NCBI GenBank assembly: GCA_905250025.1
Contig: CAJNOJ010000319.1
Location: 97,550-110,872, forward strand
Direction of reading: 5' to 3'
Origin: Adineta ricciae
Lineage: Eukaryota
DNA: 13,323 nucleotides
The notes under the pieces are model-generated. The model was not told the origin of the DNA. It saw only the letters and a list, made by a program, of their open reading frames with translations, and ran no database searches. Positions within the stretch are counted from its first letter, which is position 1, and every line of letters starts with the position of its first letter. The translations under genes were made by a program, and so were the position numbers. Positions 7,631 through 13,323 of this stretch are shown in pieces.

Positions 7631-8207
7631 TATCACACCAAATCGTAAAATTGCCGAACATGAGAAAATGAAAAAATATGCTTCAGACAATGACCTACCT
7701 GACGGTGATCATTTTCGTTTCGATCGTTCGTTAAAAGCAAAAAAACAACAAGAGAATCTACTTGAGAAGGAAAATCAACGTCATTCGGCGGATAATTTCA
7801 ATTCAAAAAAAAATTCATTGGATCAAGTGAAAGAAATCAATGAAGAAAATCAACATTTTATCGACAAGCCAACGATTGAAAGGGAAAAAAACGATAAATT
7901 CTTTTCTCGATTAATTCAAGAATTAAAAGGTTCGTCAATCGATAATGAAGAAAATGTTCAATTGAATCAACAAAATAGTTTCGAAGATTATCAACAAATC
8001 AGTACAAATGACGTCATTGCAAATCAAAATCAACAGCAATCGACAATCTCCAATGAAGAAAACGAAACAAATCTACTTTTCGATCAATTTCATTCGTTTA
8101 TCGATGAAATTACCGAAGAATCGTTTGTGATTACTGGAAGTTTAGATGAAGATACACTTCTTAATCGGAGAAGTAGACGTGCAAAAGGTTTTTCAGCTTT
8201 CAAATAA
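7631..8207 (+). CDS. Low-complexity, N/Q/E/D-rich acidic protein with a basic C-terminal end (RRSRRAKG). Function unknown.
   Basis: Listed ORF 7668..8207 (179 aa) runs to TAA. The upstream in-frame extension to 7631 depends on the putative splice. Composition is coding-like, and AATAAA motifs lie downstream. Confidence 0.55.
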
Positions 8208-8578
8208 ACGAACAAAACTTATCGAGATGAAGAAGTTTTGTCTTTGGAGTACAACTGAGCGTCGTCATTTTATCTCAAAGGAATAATAAATCAATTAATT
8301 TCTTTTCTACGAAATTCAATGATTTCTTCTTTTTGTTCTTTAATGGTGAAAGATTTTCTAAAAAAAATATGTAACAGATTTTCTTTTTAAACAAAATTCA
8401 ATAAAGAATAAATCAAAACATCTGTTCTTTCCAACGTCATTGGAAGATACAAAAGAAAATAACATTTTCTTGTTCATCCTTATGTACCAAAAGTATAAAA
8501 ATCTTCTTTCTTCAAATTCAAATGTCAAATTCAATCAATAAACTTTCATTTCCAATCAAAGTCCAACTGCAACTGAGC

Positions 8579-8586
8579 TGACGTCA
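8579..8586. promoter_or_regulatory. Perfect CRE-like palindrome TGACGTCA.
   Basis: TGACGTCA sits ~270 bp upstream of the ATG of the secreted modular gene. It is the canonical bZIP/CREB site, but it is also expected by chance in the window. Weak. Confidence 0.2.
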
Positions 8587-8768
8587 TTCACTGTAGGCGT
8601 TCGAATACAAATTGAATAGAAAACAAAAACAAAGAATCTAGGGAAAAAGGCTAATGAATCCAATGGAATGAAAGAGAAGAAATTAAATCCATCTGATACA
8701 TTCATTTCGTAACATCAGGAATAATCATTAAGAGTATTTTCGAGAAACAATTTCAAAATAAGATTCCA

Positions 8769-8775
8769 TATAAAA
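8769..8775 (+). promoter_or_regulatory. TATA-like box (TATAAAA) ~85 bp upstream of ATG 8855.
   Basis: The sequence context is ccaTATAAAAtcc. Its position fits a core promoter for the secreted-protein gene. Confidence 0.3.
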
Positions 8776-8854
8776 TCCGCTGAATATTTCATTTCACGAC
8801 ATTTCACATATTTTCTTACTCTGAAAGCATTGTCGTTTACATTGACAACCAAAA

Positions 8855-9374
8855 ATGCGAACGACATTCTTTATACTCCTATCTGCAATTGCGTTTCTCC
8901 AACTCCCATCATGTTCATTTGCGAGTAAGACTTTCTTTTTATACTTTGCTATGTCTTTCAACTTCATCTTTGCCTCTTCTTCTTCTCCTCAAGCTGCCCA
9001 AACGAAAACAGCGGCAGTCGATGCTCATATGGTCGTGAATAAAGGTGGAACTTTGAAAGGAACTATGGTTATTACAAATTGTGATAAAACTTCTCTCACA
9101 CAATCGAAAGAAACTTTAACAAACACATTAACGAAAAAAGTACAAGCTGATGATACCAAAAATTCAAATTCGAAAGTTAGTGTCACGGGTATTCGAGAAT
9201 TAGAACCAGGAACACTTGCTTTCGATTACGAATGCACCGAATCTAAAAATCCCGAAAAAGCTAAAGAAACGTTGAATACCTGTGTGAAACACGATGATGT
9301 GAAGAAAGTTATTGCAAAATCATCATCCAATGTTGCTACAACCCAGGCAAAACAACAAGCAAATGTTCAACAAA
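8855..9374 (+). CDS. Secreted modular protein, exon 1: signal peptide plus Cys domain 1 (degenerate, 3 Cys).
   Basis: Reads MRTTFFILLSAIAFLQLPSCSFA (signal peptide) ... TNCDKTSLTQSKE...YECTES...NTCVKHDD... An in-frame 69-nt GT..AG segment at 8925-8993 (gtaaga...cctcaag) is probably an intron. Donor A|GTAAGT at 9375, phase 1. Confidence 0.75.
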
Positions 9375-9537
9375 GTAAGTGACCTTCTATCTAATAGAAC
9401 TTTCGATTATCTGTAGTGCAAGATTTCTTTCTTGACGTCGTTTACAAAGGAAATGAAGAATTACTTTGGCAATATCATTTTATCTTATTTTATCTATTAT
9501 CCACTTCTTTTCTCTAAATAATATTTTCTATTCGTAG

Positions 9538-10161
9538 CTAAAGCTCAACCGGCTACTCAAGCACCAAAAGCTGCAACAGCAGCCCCGAAATCTTCCCAAA
9601 GCAAACCAACCAAAGCTGTTAATCTCGATTGTGACAAAACACATCAAATCGTCGCTCAAGATGAGAATTCAATTACTGGTGTATTTACTGTTCATTCTTG
9701 TAAAGCATCACGTTTCACTCAGAAACAAAGTCGATGCACATCTCTCGGTAGTAAACTCAGTTCATTAGTCACCGATCGTGTAGCTAAAACTGGTGATAAG
9801 AAACCATGTAGCGTTAATATCGTTAAAGCAAGTGGTACATCAACTTCAACTGAATTTCGGTACACACTTCCATGCGAGAAAAGCCGTCAAAAAGCTGTTA
9901 TTGATTCGCTAAAAGACGCTTGTAAAGACAAAAATTTTGCAGATACAATTACAAATATCAAACAAAAAGAACAAGGAGAATCGAGTTCGTCCGAAAGTGA
10001 TGAAAATAACAAGAGTCCAAGTAAACCAGTTAAAGTTGTGCAAACTGAACAGCCAAAGACAACCACGACAGCCAAACCAACAGAGAAGCCAACGACTGCC
10101 AAGCCCACAGAAAAGCCAACGACTGCCAAGCCTACAGAGAAGCCAACGACAGTTAAGACAA
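9538..10161 (+). CDS. Secreted modular protein, exon 2: Cys domain 2 (6 Cys) plus an S/E-rich stretch and the PT-rich linker.
   Basis: Reads (T)KAQPATQAPKAATAAPKSSQSKPTKAVNLDCDKTHQIVAQDENSITGVFTVHSCKASRFTQKQSRCTSLGSKLSSLVTDRVAKTGDKKPCSVNIVKASGTSTSTEFRYTLPCEKSRQKAVIDSLKDACKDK...EQGESSSSESDENN...TTTTAKPTEKPTTAKPTEKPTTAKPTEKPTTVKT. Phase-1 acceptor and phase-1 donor (A|GTGAGT). Confidence 0.8.
10077..10157 (+). repeat. Three tandem 27-nt coding repeats (PTEKPTTAK).
   Basis: Units ccaacagagaagccaacgactgccaag / cccacagaaaagccaacgactgccaag / cctacagagaagccaacgacagttaag. The antisense ORFs 9887..10184(-) are artefacts of this repeat. Confidence 0.8.
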
Positions 10162-10294
10162 GTGAGTCGAATTTTGCCCTTCATTCACAAGTATACTTTC
10201 TTTTCGTCACTCAAAATGAATGCACATATGTGTGGTGATGACAGAGACATGTAGAACAAAAATAAGGATTCAGTACAATCATGTACAATTTTAG

Positions 10295-10674
10295 CTCCAC
10301 GCAAAACCACCAAGGCCGGTGCAACGAAGAAACCACCAGCCACAACACGTAAAGTTGAAGTGAAGAACTGCGATGACCATGACTACAACGACAAAGACCA
10401 AGTCTTGACCGGTAAAATCGTTGTTCAAGACTGTCCATGTGAGAAGCGATTCGCTAACAATGCATCACGTCTTGCTGCCGTTTCATCAACTGTCTGCACA
10501 CAACTCCGAAACTACTTCCAACAACTGTATGGAACAAAGATCAACTACCCATGCAGTCTCAAAGTAGTCGCAGGAAACAAAACGCACACCGTGTTTGCAT
10601 ACACCGTTAACGTACCACAATCAGAACAGAGCAAAGCCAAAGCGGCAGCCAAGAAGGCCTGTCAAGATGATCAA
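10295..10674 (+). CDS. Secreted modular protein, exon 3: Cys domain 3 (6 Cys).
   Basis: Reads (T)PRKTTKAGATKKPPATTRKVEVKNCDDHDYNDKDQVLTGKIVVQDCPCEKRFANNASRLAAVSSTVCTQLRNYFQQLYGTKINYPCSLKVVAGNKTHTVFAYTVNVPQSEQSKAKAAAKKACQDDQ. It is paralogous to domain 2: NCD...LTG..V..C, PCS..V...T..F.YT, ACxDD. Donor GTAAGT, phase 0. Confidence 0.8.
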
Positions 10675-10772
10675 GTAAGTGAAAGCGGCCGTGATAGAAG
10701 TTACACATGGCCGCAAAGCAGACACTCGAGAAAAAGAGAAACGAGTGTTGAGGAATGTTTTACTTATTCTAG

Positions 10773-10995
10773 GTGAAAAAAGTTATCGAACAAGAGTCGC
10801 TCAAACGCGACGGCGATGACGATAGTGATAGTAGCAGTTCGGAAGAAACCACACGCGCGCAAGCCAAGCCTGTAACGACCCAAAAGGCTACTGAGAAGCC
10901 GACGGAAAAGCCAACAACTGCCAAGCCCACAGAGAAGCCGACGGAAAAGCCAACTACTTCCAAGCCCACAGAGAAGCCGACAACAGTTAAGACAA
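10773..10995 (+). CDS. Secreted modular protein, exon 4: acidic/Ser stretch plus PT-rich linker 2.
   Basis: Reads VKKVIEQESLKRDGDDDSDSSSSEETTRAQAKPVTTQKATEKPTEKPTTAKPTEKPTEKPTTSKPTEKPTTVKT. Donor A|GTGAGTCGAATTTTG is identical to the donor after linker 1. Phase 1. Confidence 0.8.
10887..10994 (+). repeat. Tandem ~39-nt coding repeats (PTEKPTEKPTTAK/SK).
   Basis: acagagaagccgacggaaaagccaac(a/t)act(g/t)ccaagccc is repeated. The antisense ORF 10769..11047(-) is an artefact. Confidence 0.75.
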
Positions 10996-11055
10996 GTGAG
11001 TCGAATTTTGTTTCGTCTTTATAGGTGTCATTTTTCTCTTCACTCAAAATGAATA

Positions 11056-13183
11056 CCTAGAGTAGTGTGAAAGATTGTAGAATCAATCTCTTCCTTCGCT
11101 TTTTCTTGGCTTTTGAAACGTCACTGATGTTTTTTCGTTCTACATTTTACACTATTACAACAATTCAAAGATGTTCTTCCATATTTTATTCGAATAAAAT
11201 ATGAAAGAATATCTATGAATCGATCCCTTTTCCGAGAGAAAGGGTTATACAGCGGTTAACTCCTGGGCTCAAAAAGCTTAAAGTTTGTCTCTCTGTCTGT
11301 CCTATCCAATCAGAAAGCAGCATTTGTTAAATCATTGAAATTTACGGATGGCATCCAAAAACTGAGTACTAGTAAGGTAATCTGGGTCGAGGAACTCAAA
11401 TTCCTTGTTAGTTTTTCCTTCACTCACTAAGATCCATCTTCTTCCTTTCTCTTTCTGAAGCAGATGTTTTTCTGAATCTTTTCTAAAATCTCGTATAGAA
11501 GGTAGTGGATGAATCGCTATTTTTGGGTATGATGTGTGCGAGATAGCGGTTTTGGTCGTTGCACCAAAAAGATTTAGCATATCTTACATTATCATATTTG
11601 CCTTGTGAGCTACGATACGTGACGTCTTTTGATAGAATTTTACGGGAAATAGATCCCCTAAAGAGTATACTCGTCAGTGTAATTGTATCTTATTATCCAT
11701 AATGATAACGGCTAGCGGCGAGTGACTGACCGGAGTTTGGCCTACGAATGACTAACCATTAAGCGGTGGGAGTTTAGTAAACATAGCTAGTACTTGAAAA
11801 ATATTCTCTGACAAATGGGTGATTGATTCGGTTCATGAAAAAAGAAGAGTTTTTGTCTTGTATTGACTCTCGTGTGGGACACAACGCCATGATCTAGCTC
11901 GGGAACAGTAGTAACCGCAGTGTCCTATTTGTTCTTCAATGAATCGGAATATGTTCAACAGTAGACCAGTTCTTTCAATAAAGGGTCGGCGAATCTAGGG
12001 TGAGGGTTACTTGTTGTACTAGTGCAAAATGTACAACGAAAAAACATCAATGACATTTTAAAAAATCAAGAAACAACGAAGGGAGAAATTGATTGTATAA
12101 TTTTTTCCCACCACTGTATATGACAATAGATAAAACTAACGTACTAGAGAGTAATCGTTGACGATTAAGAAATACTGTATCGAGCGTTTCATGCGTTGAA
12201 GAACTAAAGCAGACAGAGAGATCAATATTCTACAAACTTCTTCGTTTTCGAGCCCCTATTTTTCAGCCATGCATTGCAACTAACGATAGTTTCCATCGCA
12301 TTTCTTGGTAGTAAAGAGAGAAATATCAATGTTGGGCGAGGCGGTTACGGCGGGGAACTTTACAGATCAATACTAGCTACACAATCAAAGCTAGTTTTTA
12401 CATCATTTAAAACTATGAAAACTGTTTCTTTCACAAAAGTTAATTGTCGCCTTCAGAAGAGCGCTCATCAAACTCATTTTCATCATCGCGATACTCTTTA
12501 CATCCTGTTCTTCATATTCACTCAGCCATTCTCTATCACCATCGGATACACACACAACCGCATCTAAACCCTGAGCTTTATTTTCAACTAAAGCGTTAAT
12601 AACGCAGCTTCCATTTACCCATACAAATACCCTCTTCTATGTGCAAAAGCATCTTCAAAGACTTACTAACTCTAAAAATCTTTTGCCTAACTCGTGCAAC
12701 TTCACCGATGTCTACTATTCAGACCCGCCGACTTAACCCACTGCCTAAGCCAACAGCATGTAAAGTTTCCTCAATCCGACACATGCAGAAACTGAATGTG
12801 TACGGCATGAACGAAAACTTTTCGCTTCATGTTAAAAATATCCTAAAGCGATCAGCGTACAGGGAGCTTTCGCAGCACATTCTCCAACTCTTTTCAAAAG
12901 CTATAATCCTGTGCGTCAAGCCAAGATTCCCTCTAACGAATCTCAGGTTCAATTATACCGCCGCAACCTATCGATTGGCCCCACATCCGCCTAACACCGT
13001 ACCAAGGGAATTTACGTTACCGCAGACACTATCGCACACAGTGAGAAGCGACCCAATCAAGAACATTCCCTCCACATAAGTCATAGTACGCTAACGACAA
13101 AAGCACACATTACCGATATAATATTCTATCTCAGAAGCCCTACAGCGACGCACTTTCTAAGAGCCATCTACTTTTCTGCCTTT
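11056..13183. mobile_element. ~2.1 kb compositionally distinct insertion inside the intron of the newest module. Possibly a degenerate transposable element or other foreign-derived DNA.
   Basis: The equivalent intron of the older module (10162-10294) is ~130 nt. Here the homologous flanks (cactcaaaatgaat ... atcaCATACAATTcTAG) are separated by ~2.1 kb. That stretch has higher GC, strong A+C strand skew from 12400-13180, and no convincing spliced gene. It contains minus ORF 11332..11580 and a start-less, protein-like minus frame at ~12385-12650. Confidence 0.3.
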
Positions 13184-13205
13184 CACCTATCACATACAAT
13201 TCTAG

Positions 13206-13323
13206 CTCCACGCAAAACCACCAAGGCCGGTGCAACGAAGAAACCACCAGCCACAACACGTAAAGTTGAAGTGAAGAACTGCGATGACCATGACTACAAC
13301 GACAAAGACCAAGTCTTGACCGG
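13206..13323 (+). CDS. Secreted modular protein, exon 5 (partial): start of a further copy of Cys domain 3.
   Basis: The 118 nt from the acceptor ag to the window end are 100% identical to 10295-10412. The same phase-1 junction continues the reading frame. Confidence 0.6.

Noticed and set aside
9887-10184. Minus-strand ORFs 9887..10129, 9909..10184 and 10769..11047, with VGFSVGLAVVGF repeats.
   Set aside because: These are the antisense reading of the PTEKPTTAK coding repeats, so the long open frames are a by-product of the repeat. The sense strand carries the real spliced gene.
11600-12060. GC-richer stretch examined as a possible small RNA gene (snRNA, SL RNA, 5S or tRNA).
   Set aside because: No match to U1, U2, U5, U6, SL1 or 5S signatures or to tRNA T-loop motifs that I can recognise by eye. 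An RNA search would be needed.
12274-13079. Plus-strand ORFs 12274..12567 and 12639..13079 within the 2.1 kb insertion.
   Set aside because: Their composition is driven by the A+C-rich strand bias. There are no motifs and the translated sequence is low-complexity. They were not called as genes. The minus-strand frames look more protein-like and are reported under the insertion finding.
1-13323. CRISPR arrays, rRNA, prokaryotic operon structure.
   Set aside because: The sequence is clearly a spliced eukaryotic nuclear locus. The only direct repeats are coding PT-rich repeats and the 2.9-kb module duplication.

Overview
Eukaryotic, AT-rich nuclear DNA whose gene structure looks nematode-like: many 45-70 nt GT..AG introns and TTTCAG-type acceptors. 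The species cannot be determined from sequence alone. All gene models below are hand-spliced from conserved protein motifs and splice phase, with no database search.

The window is gene-dense. Left to right:

- (-) 5' part of a class-A, amine-type GPCR (TM1-TM3). It runs off the window start.
- (-) A small three-exon gene encoding a single-pass membrane protein with a charged tail.
- (+) A 16-exon ABC-2/ABCH-like half transporter (NBD then TMD, ~705 aa). It carries an unexpected in-frame TGA inside a conserved TMD exon.
- (+) 135 bp downstream, a 6-exon SLCO/OATP organic-anion transporter with a split Kazal domain. The short gap suggests an operon-like pair.
- (+) A low-complexity N/Q/E-rich protein gene.
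- (+) A secreted, modular protein. It has a signal peptide, then repeated ~105-aa cysteine-patterned domains separated by PT-rich mucin-like linkers (TEKPTTAKP repeats). It is built from phase-1 symmetric exons.

The last domain-plus-linker module is tandemly duplicated with a 2,911-bp period. The copy is identical over the 118 bp visible before the window ends. The newest copy's intron carries a ~2.1 kb compositionally distinct insertion that may be a degenerate transposable element.

No rRNA, tRNA or CRISPR features were recognised.
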